Origin: Bacteroidia bacterium
GTDB lineage: Bacteria; Bacteroidota; Bacteroidia; NS11-12g; UBA9320
Reading direction: 5' to 3'
Length of the DNA stretch: 64,000 nucleotides
NCBI GenBank assembly: GCA_965216465.1
Contig: CBDCFW010000006.1
Span: 480,001 to 544,000 of the forward strand
Part shown: in pieces, positions 49,228-58,884 of the stretch
Numbering within the stretch: the first letter of the stretch is position 1
Layout: each line of letters opens with the position of its first letter
Made by a program: the position numbers and the translations under genes
Notes under the pieces: generated by a model
Seen by the model: the letters and a program-made list of their open reading frames with translations, nothing else
The model's database searches: none
What the model was told of the DNA's origin: nothing

Positions 49228-49472
49228 ATGGAGAGGTTAGGGCCTTAAATATAACAATATTCTATCAAATTGTGCTTCATTATGTATATCGACAAAACAA
49301 AGTGAGCGACCTACAGTAAATTTAATAGAGAAATTTCATTAATCTACAATGAAAAATGCCAATCATTGTCGAGAGAACAACTTGATGCTGAAACACTGAT
49401 AGTGGTGGAATGACAATTCGGGACGTTGGCGAAGCCAGGGCTTGAATTATGCCAACTCAAGGTCTCCTGCTA

Positions 49473-50070
49473 GGGGTCCCAACATATAAAGCTGAAAGCA
49501 CTGCGTGCTATGTCTTTTTTTGTGCCCTTGGCCTTTCAAGGCTACGCTTTGGGTGTCAGATCAGGAAGGATTGGCTCCCTACGGTCGCCCATCCGGGGGT
49601 TAATGGGGGTCCTAACATCTAAAGCCGCACTGCGTGCTGGGTCTTTTTTTGTACCCATGGCCCTTCAAAGCGAAGCTTTGGGGGTTGTTCAGGATGGATT
49701 GGCTCCCTACGGTCGCCCATCCGGGGGGGGGTGCTTCATATTCAAAGCCGAGCACGTTGTGCTTTGCCTTTTTTTGTGCCCTTGGCCCTTCAAAGCGAAG
49801 CTTTGGGGGTTGTTCAGGATGGATTGGCTCCCTACGGTCGCCCATCCGGGGGGGGGGGGTGCTTCATATTCAAAGCCGAGCACGTTGTGCTTTGCCTTTT
49901 TTTGTGCCCTTGGCCCTTCAAAGCGAAGCTTTGGGGGTTGTTCAGGATGGATTGGCTCCCTACGGTCGCCCATCCGGGGGGGGGTGCTTCATATTCAAAG
50001 CCGAGCACGTTGTGCTTTGCCTTTTTTTGTGCCCTTGGCCCTTCAAAGCGAAGCTTTGGGGCCGGGGCAC
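49473..50070. repeat. Tandem array of ~125-128-bp structured repeats (4 full plus 1 partial)
   Basis: Core ggattggctccctacggtcgcccatcc at 49568, 49696, 49821 and 49949; G-runs of 5, 9, 12 and 9 follow the cores. Confidence 0.93.
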
Positions 50071-50100
50071 AAAAAAAGCCGGTCATTCCTGACCGGCTTT
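50071..50100 (-). terminator. tRNA-Val terminator
   Basis: Minus strand aaagccggtca-gga-atgaccggc followed by T7. Confidence 0.85.
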
Positions 50101-50104
50101 GATG

Positions 50105-50179
50105 TGGGCGATACTGGATTCGAACCAGTGACCCCCTGCTTGTAAGGCAGGTGCTCTAAACCAACTGAGCTAATCGCCC
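50105..50179 (-). tRNA. tRNA-Val(TAC)
   Basis: GGGCGATTAGCTCAGTTGG...CTTACAA...GGTTCGAATCC..ATCGCCCA cloverleaf; CCA not encoded. Confidence 0.96.
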
Positions 50180-50221
50180 TCTTTTGCTCATTTTTAAGAA
50201 CGTATCTCGTTTTGAGGGCTG

Positions 50222-50251
50222 CAAATATAATAAGCCATTTTATTCTGCAAA
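50222..50251 (-). promoter_or_regulatory. Bacteroidota housekeeping promoter of tRNA-Val
   Basis: -7 element TATATTTG (50229-22) and -33 element TTTG (50251-48). Confidence 0.65.
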
Positions 50252-50343
50252 ATAAAAAATACACAATTAGACACCTTAATGTGTATTGTTAATTCGTTTA
50301 CCTATTAAGCCGCACTTAAAATCGCTTTTTTTGTCTGCCTAAC

Positions 50344-52809
50344 TTGAAAAAATTCATAAAAATATCGCTGGTTATCCTAACCATCGTTGCCCTCGCAATA
50401 GGAGGAATAGGTTTCTATTTCTATAAAAATATTAAACCCATCCTCGTTCAAGAAATAAATAAAACACTAGCCGTTGAAGTTAATGTTGCCGATATCTCCA
50501 TTTCCGGCATTAAAGACTTTCCTAAACTTGGTGTTAAATTCTCTGACGTAAAAATCAACGAGAGCACCGCTTTTTACAACACCAACTTGCTCGAAGCTAA
50601 AGAACTTAACCTTTTTGTTGACGTGCTCAAACTGTACAAAGGAGTTTATGTTATCGACGCCGTTACACTTCGTGATGGATATATCAGCTTGTCCGATATG
50701 AAAAACTCGAGCAACTATGACATCTTTAAACCTTCTGAAAGCACAGACTCTTCGGCAGTTAGTTTCGAAATTAAAGATCTTTCACTCGTAAACTGCAAAC
50801 TGACTTACTCACATACCCCGTCAAATTTCGATTGTAAAGCTTATGCCCCTAAAGCCAGTATTAAACTCAAATACCTTGACAACGCTACCGATCTAAAAAT
50901 AAAAACAGGCTTAGATAACATGCATCTCAACCTCGATGGGGAAGCCTTCATCAATAATCAAAATCTTAAGATCAACACAGGCATTGTTGTTAAGACCGAT
51001 AAAGAACAAGTGCTCATAGCACAAAGTGATCTGATAATAGAAGATGTTCCCCTCCGCACCAAAGGAAGTGTAAGCTATGGCGAGGCATCACTTATTGATT
51101 TCACATTCGAGGGTGTTAAAACCAATGTGCAATCACTGATCAGTGTACTTCCAGAAAGTATTGCTTCTTCTTTCGAACACATTAACCTCGATGGGGAAAC
51201 GGCAATTAACGGCTTTTTCAAAGGAAGAATGACCGATAATTATAATCCCTCTTTCGGATTTGATTACGCCCTTAGCAATACCAACTTGTCCATTCCAAGC
51301 CAGAACATTTCATTAAAAGGAATACAAGCAAAAGGACTACTCGAAATTCCAGATATCAGCAACCTCAACAGTGCTAAAGCAACCTGTAATCTGAGTAGAG
51401 CTCATAGCGACAATAACTCCATTCGAGGGAGCTTAGACGTTAAGAACTTTAATCGTCCAACCATATCGTGGGAAGGAAGCTCAAGCCTTGATGCAAAGTT
51501 CATCTTCGCATTAGCTGATAGCTCAAACTTTAACGCGAAAAGTGGACGCATCGAAACTGAAGGAATGCTTCGTTTTACCTATGATGTAGAAGCAGAAACC
51601 ATGGTTCCCAATTCCCTTCAATTTAAAGGTCGGGTGATGGGACAGAATATTTCAGGACAATTAGTTGAGCCAAGCCTTGATGTAAAAGCAGTCAATTTTG
51701 ATATCAGTGCAAGCAATGAAAGAATGGTTATTAACTCAGCTACTGTTGATTACAACAATACCAAAGCGAAGTTAATTGGCTATATAGAAAACTACCCTTC
51801 TTTATTTGAATCAAAGCCGAACGCAAAACTTATAGGCGACCTCGATATTAACAATCTCGTTGTAAATGAACTATTTACAACTTCGGAGTCAACAGAATCA
51901 GCATCATCTTCATCGCAATATATTTCGCCAATTGCTCTCGAATTAAAAGCCAATCTTACGGAGTTTAAATACAACGAATTTGTTGCACAATCGATGACCG
52001 GAATGCTGCTCTCGAACCGAACGAGTATCAGAATGCCTAACTGTGAAATTGAAGCACTTGATGGGCACACAACCGCATCAATAACACTAAAAAACTGGGG
52101 TGAGAACTACTTATTAGATATCAATTCTGACCTGGACCAAATCGACATCACTCAGTTGTTTAAACAGTTTAACAATTTTGAACAAAACGAGATTACCCAC
52201 GAGCATATCAGCGGTAGACTTACGGGTAAGATTTTAACCAAGGTGATTCTTGATCCACAATACGAGCCAATCCTTCCGAAACTATACGCCAAAGCAAATA
52301 TCACTATAGAAAATGGCCAACTTAAAGGTTACGACCCGCTTAAAGAATTATCTTCTTTTGTAAATATCGCAGACCTAGAAGACGTTCGTTTTAAGACACT
52401 CAGCAACACCATCGAAATTTTCGACGAGACTATTTTCATTCCTAAAATGCGGATAGAAAATAATGCCCTCAACCTCGGAATAGAAGGCACCCACACCTTC
52501 GAAAATTACATGACTTACAGTATGGAACTGAGTGTAGCTGAACTCCTAGCATCTAAAGCCAACTGGATTGCCAAGAAAAAAGAACGCCGAATTGAAAAGA
52601 ATATTGATGGAGGTTTAACCGCATATATCCTCATGGAAGGAACTCCTGACGATCTGAAAATTAAATACGACCGAGCCACGGTGAAAGAAAAAGTGCAAGA
52701 CGAAATCAAAAAGGAGAAGACCAATTTCATAAAAGCTCTTAAAGGTGAAGCAACCTTAGACGATGATGAGGTTGAATCGAAAGACTACGATAACGTCTGG
52801 GACGAATAG
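50344..52809 (+). CDS. AsmA-like protein
   Basis: N-terminal TM anchor, beta-rich body, C-terminal LEDVRFKTLSN..IFIPKMRIENNA. Confidence 0.8.
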   Translation: MKKFIKISLVILTIVALAIGGIGFYFYKNIKPILVQEINKTLAVEVNVADISISGIKDFPKLGVKFSDVKINESTAFYNTNLLEAKELNLFVDVLKLYKGVYVIDAVTLRDGYISLSDMKNSSNYDIFKPSESTDSSAVSFEIKDLSLVNCKLTYSHTPSNFDCKAYAPKASIKLKYLDNATDLKIKTGLDNMHLNLDGEAFINNQNLKINTGIVVKTDKEQVLIAQSDLIIEDVPLRTKGSVSYGEASLIDFTFEGVKTNVQSLISVLPESIASSFEHINLDGETAINGFFKGRMTDNYNPSFGFDYALSNTNLSIPSQNISLKGIQAKGLLEIPDISNLNSAKATCNLSRAHSDNNSIRGSLDVKNFNRPTISWEGSSSLDAKFIFALADSSNFNAKSGRIETEGMLRFTYDVEAETMVPNSLQFKGRVMGQNISGQLVEPSLDVKAVNFDISASNERMVINSATVDYNNTKAKLIGYIENYPSLFESKPNAKLIGDLDINNLVVNELFTTSESTESASSSSQYISPIALELKANLTEFKYNEFVAQSMTGMLLSNRTSIRMPNCEIEALDGHTTASITLKNWGENYLLDINSDLDQIDITQLFKQFNNFEQNEITHEHISGRLTGKILTKVILDPQYEPILPKLYAKANITIENGQLKGYDPLKELSSFVNIADLEDVRFKTLSNTIEIFDETIFIPKMRIENNALNLGIEGTHTFENYMTYSMELSVAELLASKANWIAKKKERRIEKNIDGGLTAYILMEGTPDDLKIKYDRATVKEKVQDEIKKEKTNFIKALKGEATLDDDEVESKDYDNVWDE

Positions 52810-53934
52810 CTAGTCGACAAACAGTTCGCTGCTGATATAATCAGCAAACAAAAAGCCTTCTTCCGTTAAGCCTATATGGTCAGCATTTCGCTTCATCCAC
52901 CCTTTCTCAACCCATTGCTTAATGTAGCCAGCAACATTATGTAAGTTGTTGATTTTGTACAGCTTATCTACCTTGTTCAGATCAACTCCCCACTTGGTTC
53001 TTAAACCAGTTAGTATAGCCTCATTGTACTTATCCTTCGCTGACAACACCTCTTCTTCGACAGTAGAAATGCCCTTATCGATACGCGATATATATTCTTT
53101 GTTATTGGCAATGTTCCAAAACCTGGAGTTTCCATTGAAACTATGAGCGCCAGGACCAACACCTAAGTAAGGTATTCCTTGCCAATAGGCCATATTGTGT
53201 TTGGAGTAGTTTTCTGTTTTACAAAAATTAGATACTTCGTAATGCTCCCATCCTCGAGCTTGTATCTCCTCTATCAAAATGGCATAGTGCTCAGAAGCCA
53301 AATCCTCATCTGGCATTTTGTACTTCTTCTGATTTACAAGGCGTTGATAGGGAGTATTCGGCTCAAGCGTTAAGCTATACGCTGACAGGTGGTTGACAGG
53401 CAACTGCAAAGCATGATTAATCGTTGATTTCCAGTTGCTTGCACTTAATTGGGGCACACCATAAATTAAATCGATGGTGATATCTTTAAACCCAATTTTT
53501 GACGCATGTTCAATAGCTGAGTGTGTTTGCTCATTGCTGTGACTGCGGTTCATCCACTTTAATATTTCATCATCAAAACTCTGAACGCCAATGCTCAATC
53601 GATTTACACCCAAAGTCCATAGCCCTTTTAAATATTCAGCTGTAAGATCATCCGGGTTACATTCAAACGTCACTTCAGGGTTGTCAATGATGTCGAACTG
53701 ATCATAAATTGTAGTCATAATCTGCTCAACCTCACCTAGAGTTAACACACTTGGTGTTCCTCCACCGAAGTAAATGGTACGCACATAATCTGATATAAAT
53801 TGTTGACGTTCAACGATTTCCTTACAAATAGCTTCCACCATTTCGCTACGATTCTTCTGGTTTACTGAGAAATGAAAATCACAATAGAAACAGGCCTTTT
53901 TACAAAATGGGATATGAAGGTAAATTCCAGACAA
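52810..53934 (-). CDS. hemW: Radical SAM heme chaperone
   Basis: IYLHIPFCKKACFYCDF, YFGGGTPS, YEVSNF and HNMAYW. Confidence 0.92.
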   Translation of the reverse strand: MSGIYLHIPFCKKACFYCDFHFSVNQKNRSEMVEAICKEIVERQQFISDYVRTIYFGGGTPSVLTLGEVEQIMTTIYDQFDIIDNPEVTFECNPDDLTAEYLKGLWTLGVNRLSIGVQSFDDEILKWMNRSHSNEQTHSAIEHASKIGFKDITIDLIYGVPQLSASNWKSTINHALQLPVNHLSAYSLTLEPNTPYQRLVNQKKYKMPDEDLASEHYAILIEEIQARGWEHYEVSNFCKTENYSKHNMAYWQGIPYLGVGPGAHSFNGNSRFWNIANNKEYISRIDKGISTVEEEVLSAKDKYNEAILTGLRTKWGVDLNKVDKLYKINNLHNVAGYIKQWVEKGWMKRNADHIGLTEEGFLFADYISSELFVD

Positions 53935-53974
53935 TATGCTATTCTAGCTTGGTAATTCGTTTAATTTTGAAATC

Positions 53975-55747
53975 GTGCACAAAGTTAGAGCAATTTGGGG
54001 GTTAAATGGTCGGGGCTTACTGGGCTTAATAGCAATCCTCTTGATATCAATCAATTCTCAGGCACAAATCAACACACTTTGCATCAAGACTGGAGACCAA
54101 GTGGCCTGCCAATCTGTTAGAGATAGTGCTGCTTCAGTTATTGTGCTTAAGAATTTGCTTACAGAAAATCGAATTGAAAATTATTTGGCCGCTTCCATAG
54201 ATTCATTAGCTACTAAAAATGACACCCTCTTTGCCTACCATTATCTCGGTGAAACATACACAACTATTGTTCTCAGAAAGCACAATTTTGGAAAAGGATA
54301 CTTAAGCGATAGCACCAATGTTTCATTAAGCACATCACAATTTGTAAGTCTACAAGATCAGATAATTACCGCGTACGAGAACAATGGATATCCATTTGCC
54401 AACATTCAACTTGACCATATTGAAGTTGTTGAAAATCAACTGGTTTGCAACGCTCAGTTATTTACATACACGCCAATAGCTTACGACAGTTTGCAGATTA
54501 TCGGGGAAAGTGAAATGTCGAAGCAATACTTACAACGCTATCTTGATATCATCGAAGGAGAAGCATATAAAGAGCTAGATGTACGTGCCATTGACAAAAA
54601 ATTGAGAAACCTCCCACTTATTAAATTGAATAGTGCTACGCGTGTGGTTTTCTATCAGGGCTTAGCTAGAGTAATTTTAGATATTGATGATATAATCACT
54701 GATCGGGTAGATGGTGTAGTAGGATTTGCTCCAAACAGTTCAAATTCTGAAGAGAACACCTTGCTACTCACCGGTGAAGTGCATATTGAATTGAACAATC
54801 TTTTTAAGAGTGCTAAACAGCTGAACCTCCATTGGAGAAACTATCTGCAACGCTCACAATTACTTGATGTTGGTTTTACCTACCCCTATCTCTTTAATAC
54901 CAAGCTTGGAATTAATGGAGAGCTAAACATCAACAAGTACGACACCTTGTTTGTAAACCTCAAAAGCAAACTGTCTTTTCGTTACCAGCAACGCGGAAAT
55001 AACTACATAGAATTCTACTACCAGAATATTAATAGCAATCTAATAACAGCGGATACTGTAGCTGTACGAAACACAAAAAGCATACCTACCAACAACCCCT
55101 ATAACATTGACAACTACGGAGTTGCATTGTACCAAAGAGACTTTGACTACCTGCCAAATCCCCGGAAAGGATATATGGTATTAATAGACGCTGCTTTAGG
55201 ACAAAAGACTATTTTAAGAAACACCCAAATTGACCTGGTTGAATTTCTGAACACAGAAACGGGCCAAATGATATCGGTATATGACACTATAGACAAAAAA
55301 AGTTTGAGGGGAAACATCAGCCTTCAAACCGAATTGTTTATACCTATTCGAAAGAGTAGCACCATACGACAAAGTCTTCAAGTTATGGGATTGTTCAGCG
55401 ACCAAGTTTTTTTCAATGAGCTTTACAATTTTGGCGGATTTTCTTCGCTTCGAGGATTTGATGAAAACGAGCTCTTTGCCAGCAAAGCTGCCATCTATAC
55501 TATAGAATACCGCTATCTATTGGATGAAAACAGCAATATCGGATTGTTTTTTAACACAGCTCTAATCGAAAACAAGCTCGAAAGCGATGACTTGATTTAC
55601 AATAACCCTATTGGATTTGGAGCTATTGCCAACATCAAAGTTGGTGGTGGAATTTTAAATATAGCTTATGCTCTGGGTCAGCAGCTAGACAACCCAATTC
55701 AGTTGAATACCGCAAAATTTCACTTTGGTATCGTAAATTATTTCTAA
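53975..55747 (+). CDS. BamA/TamA-family outer membrane protein
   Basis: YENNGYPFA, GGFSSLRGFDE and terminal Phe. Confidence 0.8.
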   Translation: MHKVRAIWGLNGRGLLGLIAILLISINSQAQINTLCIKTGDQVACQSVRDSAASVIVLKNLLTENRIENYLAASIDSLATKNDTLFAYHYLGETYTTIVLRKHNFGKGYLSDSTNVSLSTSQFVSLQDQIITAYENNGYPFANIQLDHIEVVENQLVCNAQLFTYTPIAYDSLQIIGESEMSKQYLQRYLDIIEGEAYKELDVRAIDKKLRNLPLIKLNSATRVVFYQGLARVILDIDDIITDRVDGVVGFAPNSSNSEENTLLLTGEVHIELNNLFKSAKQLNLHWRNYLQRSQLLDVGFTYPYLFNTKLGINGELNINKYDTLFVNLKSKLSFRYQQRGNNYIEFYYQNINSNLITADTVAVRNTKSIPTNNPYNIDNYGVALYQRDFDYLPNPRKGYMVLIDAALGQKTILRNTQIDLVEFLNTETGQMISVYDTIDKKSLRGNISLQTELFIPIRKSSTIRQSLQVMGLFSDQVFFNELYNFGGFSSLRGFDENELFASKAAIYTIEYRYLLDENSNIGLFFNTALIENKLESDDLIYNNPIGFGAIANIKVGGGILNIAYALGQQLDNPIQLNTAKFHFGIVNYF

Positions 55748-55767
55748 ATGCTCACCTTTGTAGGCCA

Positions 55768-56442
55768 TTGATGATACTATCAGATCTTGTACTTCGAAAT
55801 GAACTTCCAGCAGCATTAAAATTTGCACTGCTTGGGCTTATTTTCTTGGTTGGAGTGCTCTATGTTTTGGTTCCAAATTGGTTGGTATCGATTCGTTTAT
55901 TGGCTTATTTGCCCATTCAGAGGTTTTCATGGCAAAGTGAAAAATATACCATTAACAACCTGTTTCGTATAAGCTCCATGCTTAGTATCAGCATGGTTTA
56001 CGCCATTTTTGTTTACGCTTATATTTCTTCAGAAAAACTTTTTTTGGTGGAAGACGGCACTTTAAACTTCTTAATTATCTGGTTGGGAGTGGTTATTCTT
56101 ACCGTGACTAAATACTTCCTAAATGCTTATTATTTTGGTCTGCATCAGCACAGCGAACTTGGTAATCTAGTTGTTGATTATCAATACAGTATAAACCAAT
56201 TCTTTGCTCTAATTTTAGGGGTACTGCTTTTGGTAGATGTCTTCTATTTCAAGCTAGATAGTAACTTATTCATTGCAGAGGTAATCTTAGTAATCACGCT
56301 GTTTCTCGTTAAATTGTTCGGAGTGATTTTAATGCTTCAAAACAATTTTAACTATCCAATTCTTAGTCTTTTTGTTTATCTTTGCACCTTCGAAATCGTA
56401 CCTATACTAATTTTAGCAAAGGTGCTTTTCGTAAACAGCTAA
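55768..56442 (+). CDS. DUF4271-like membrane protein
   Basis: Multi-TM; C-terminal YLCTFEIVP; upstream of hemD. Confidence 0.75.
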   Translation: MMILSDLVLRNELPAALKFALLGLIFLVGVLYVLVPNWLVSIRLLAYLPIQRFSWQSEKYTINNLFRISSMLSISMVYAIFVYAYISSEKLFLVEDGTLNFLIIWLGVVILTVTKYFLNAYYFGLHQHSELGNLVVDYQYSINQFFALILGVLLLVDVFYFKLDSNLFIAEVILVITLFLVKLFGVILMLQNNFNYPILSLFVYLCTFEIVPILILAKVLFVNS

Positions 56443-56451
56443 GGAGTTACA

Positions 56452-57192
56452 TTGAGCGTAAAAAACATTCTCATCTCGCAACCCGATCCGGGTGACAAAA
56501 AATCTGTTTATCATAGATTGACAGATAAGTATGGTATAAAAGTAGATTTCAGACCTTTTATTGAGGTTAAAGGTGTACCTGCAAAAGATATGCGAAAGCA
56601 ACAGCTTCGTATTTTGGATCACACTGCCGTAATTCTTACTTCTAGAAATGCAATTGATCATTTCTTCAGAATTGTTGAAGAAATGAAGGTAGAACTTCCA
56701 ACTACCATGAAATATTTCTGTGTTAACGAAGGGGTTTCTCTTTACATTCAGAAATATACTCAACTCCGTAAACGTAAAATGTTTGTTGGAAAAGGTACAG
56801 AAGCTTCATTCCTTGAGTTGCTTAAAAAGCATAAAACTTTGAATTACTTGTTCCCTTGTTCAAATATCAGAAAGGATTCTATTCCTAACTTTATGGACGA
56901 GAACAACATCCAATATACTGAAGCCATTATGTACAACACTGTAAATGCAGATCTTTCAGACCTTGCAAGTGTGTATTATGACATCTTGGTATTTTTTAGT
57001 CCACAGGATATTTCATCGTTGTTTGCCAACTTCCCTGATTTTACACAAGATGATCGTGCCATTGCTGGGTGGGGTAAAACAACCAATGTTGCTTTGTCAG
57101 AAGCTGGATTAAATAATACCATTCCTGCTCCATCACCAGAATCTCCGAGCATGGTTGCAGCAATCGAAAAGTTCGTGTTAGCTAAGAAGTAA
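56452..57192 (+). CDS. hemD: Uroporphyrinogen-III synthase (Bacteroidota type)
   Basis: VKNILISQP, VDFRPFIEV, TSRNAIDHFF and YDILVFFSP. Confidence 0.85.
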   Translation: MSVKNILISQPDPGDKKSVYHRLTDKYGIKVDFRPFIEVKGVPAKDMRKQQLRILDHTAVILTSRNAIDHFFRIVEEMKVELPTTMKYFCVNEGVSLYIQKYTQLRKRKMFVGKGTEASFLELLKKHKTLNYLFPCSNIRKDSIPNFMDENNIQYTEAIMYNTVNADLSDLASVYYDILVFFSPQDISSLFANFPDFTQDDRAIAGWGKTTNVALSEAGLNNTIPAPSPESPSMVAAIEKFVLAKK

Positions 57193-58366
57193 TACGCTTA
57201 CACAAGTAACTTTCTTTTTCTTTCCCTTTTAACAAATACAAGAAATAATCGCCACCGTCTTTGGTGTTTAGTTTTTTATGCCACTGTTCTGGTTTATCCG
57301 AAAGGCCTTTTATCGCAATATTCAGGTTTGTGACTCTTAGATTTTTTAAGCTTTTCTTTATCTCTTTTGGAGAAATGCCTCCTCGATTCAAAACTTCAAG
57401 ACATCGTCCTCCTTCAATTACTTCTTGATCTGAGAAATACAATTCAAAATCAGGATGCTTTGCCATTTGACTATCCTTCAAATAATATTTTGCCAAACCA
57501 GCCTTAAGCAACAAAGCATTGGGATGGATTAAGAAGTTGTATTGCTGCACCTTTTCTACGCTTACATAGTCAACATTTTTCCATTCCGATTCAAAATGAA
57601 AACCGCTAGAAACGTCATGCATTACAACCATTTGAGTTGAAGAACCCGTCTTATAATCGAGCACAACTCCCAACTCTTTAACTTCATTCTTTTGTGCTAT
57701 GATATGAACTTCAGTTGCCGCATCGAACTTTCTCCAGACTTCATGAATGTCGAACATAGGTGACAATTTGATGTACACTTTGGCAGTGCATTCTTCTAAT
57801 TGAGCTTGCAATCTTGTAACATCTGGGGACAGGTCTTCTAGTTTAATTCCACGTTTGTCCGTTACTCGGCGGTCTGGGTCAATATAAACCCAGTCGTAAT
57901 TGCCCTGTAAAGAAGCTACACCGTCGCCCAAAACTCTTTCAACGTTTACAATACCCAATTCTTTTAGGTTATAAGAAGCCAATTCATGCAAATGTTTATT
58001 GTGATCAACTGCGATAACTTTATCAAAGTTTTTGGCCAGAAATATCGAATCAATTCCCAAACCCGCAGTGATATCCAACAAGGACTTTCCATTTATAAAA
58101 GTTTGTTTGTATTCGGCAACGTTTTGAGACGTCGCCTGCTCATATGATCGTTTATCGACAGCAAGTAATTGGTTGTAAACTAGAGGTATTTTGTGCTGAG
58201 CCTTCTTATAAATGCCCATCAATTGTAAGCAGACTGCAATATTAAAGGATGTTTTACCTGAGTATTTTAGCGACAGTTCAGCATATTGGTCATTTAAATG
58301 TCTAAGTATAAAGCTTTTGGCTTCATCATTTTTCAATACGTCTATAATGTCTTTACTTTGCAACAA
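57182..58366 (-). CDS. Class I SAM methyltransferase with THUMP-like domain
   Basis: EQATS, LDITAGLGID, YIDPDRR and IKLSPMFD. Confidence 0.82.
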   Translation of the reverse strand: MLQSKDIIDVLKNDEAKSFILRHLNDQYAELSLKYSGKTSFNIAVCLQLMGIYKKAQHKIPLVYNQLLAVDKRSYEQATSQNVAEYKQTFINGKSLLDITAGLGIDSIFLAKNFDKVIAVDHNKHLHELASYNLKELGIVNVERVLGDGVASLQGNYDWVYIDPDRRVTDKRGIKLEDLSPDVTRLQAQLEECTAKVYIKLSPMFDIHEVWRKFDAATEVHIIAQKNEVKELGVVLDYKTGSSTQMVVMHDVSSGFHFESEWKNVDYVSVEKVQQYNFLIHPNALLLKAGLAKYYLKDSQMAKHPDFELYFSDQEVIEGGRCLEVLNRGGISPKEIKKSLKNLRVTNLNIAIKGLSDKPEQWHKKLNTKDGGDYFLYLLKGKEKESYLCKRITS

Positions 58367-58414
58367 TTTACCGATTACACTCGTTTTAAGAGGGTAACAA
58401 ATTTAGAAGCAAAC

Positions 58415-58549
58415 ATGAACGTAAAAAAAATATTATCTCTACTTACTATCGCTCTGTTCATCTCTGTATTAGCAACTTCGTGTGCTTCACGCGACCAATG
58501 TCCTGGTGTTGGATCAGTTGATCAAGACACCGTTGAACACATCGGTTAA
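58415..58549 (+). CDS. 44-aa small lipoprotein
   Basis: MNVKKILSLLTIALFISVLATSC lipobox followed by ASRDQCPGVG. Confidence 0.65.
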   Translation: MNVKKILSLLTIALFISVLATSCASRDQCPGVGSVDQDTVEHIG

Positions 58550-58554
58550 CCCTT

Positions 58555-58884
58555 ATGTGGAAATACTCAAAAGAGATTGACATTCCATTAGTCCTTAATC
58601 AAGAAAGGCCTAGTATTATCTTCAAACACAGCAACCGCTGCTCGTTGAGTGACATTGCCTTACAACGTATGTTATCGGCTGAGCATGAAATCAACAAACA
58701 TTTTGATTTTCACTTGATCGATGTGATTGTAGATCGATCGTTGTCGCAGCATATTGCGAATGAATTAGAGGTTCATCACGAGTCTCCACAAGCCATCGTC
58801 ATTCATAATGGAGAAGTGGTGCTTGCAGAATCTCATTTGGCTATTCGGCCAGATGAAGTTATTGAGTCGCTTAACTATAAATAA
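58555..58884 (+). CDS. ytxJ: YtxJ/BrxC-family monothiol redoxin
   Basis: IIFKHSNRCSLS and HESPQAI. Confidence 0.85.
   Translation: MWKYSKEIDIPLVLNQERPSIIFKHSNRCSLSDIALQRMLSAEHEINKHFDFHLIDVIVDRSLSQHIANELEVHHESPQAIVIHNGEVVLAESHLAIRPDEVIESLNYK

Noticed and set aside
49473-50070. CRISPR array
   Set aside because: Sequence between the conserved cores is also repeated (no unique spacers), the unit is ~126 bp, and there are no cas genes.
49510-50264. ORFs in several frames across the repeat array and tRNA
   Set aside because: By-products of a GC-rich tandem repeat; frames shift with G-run length and some overlap the tRNA.
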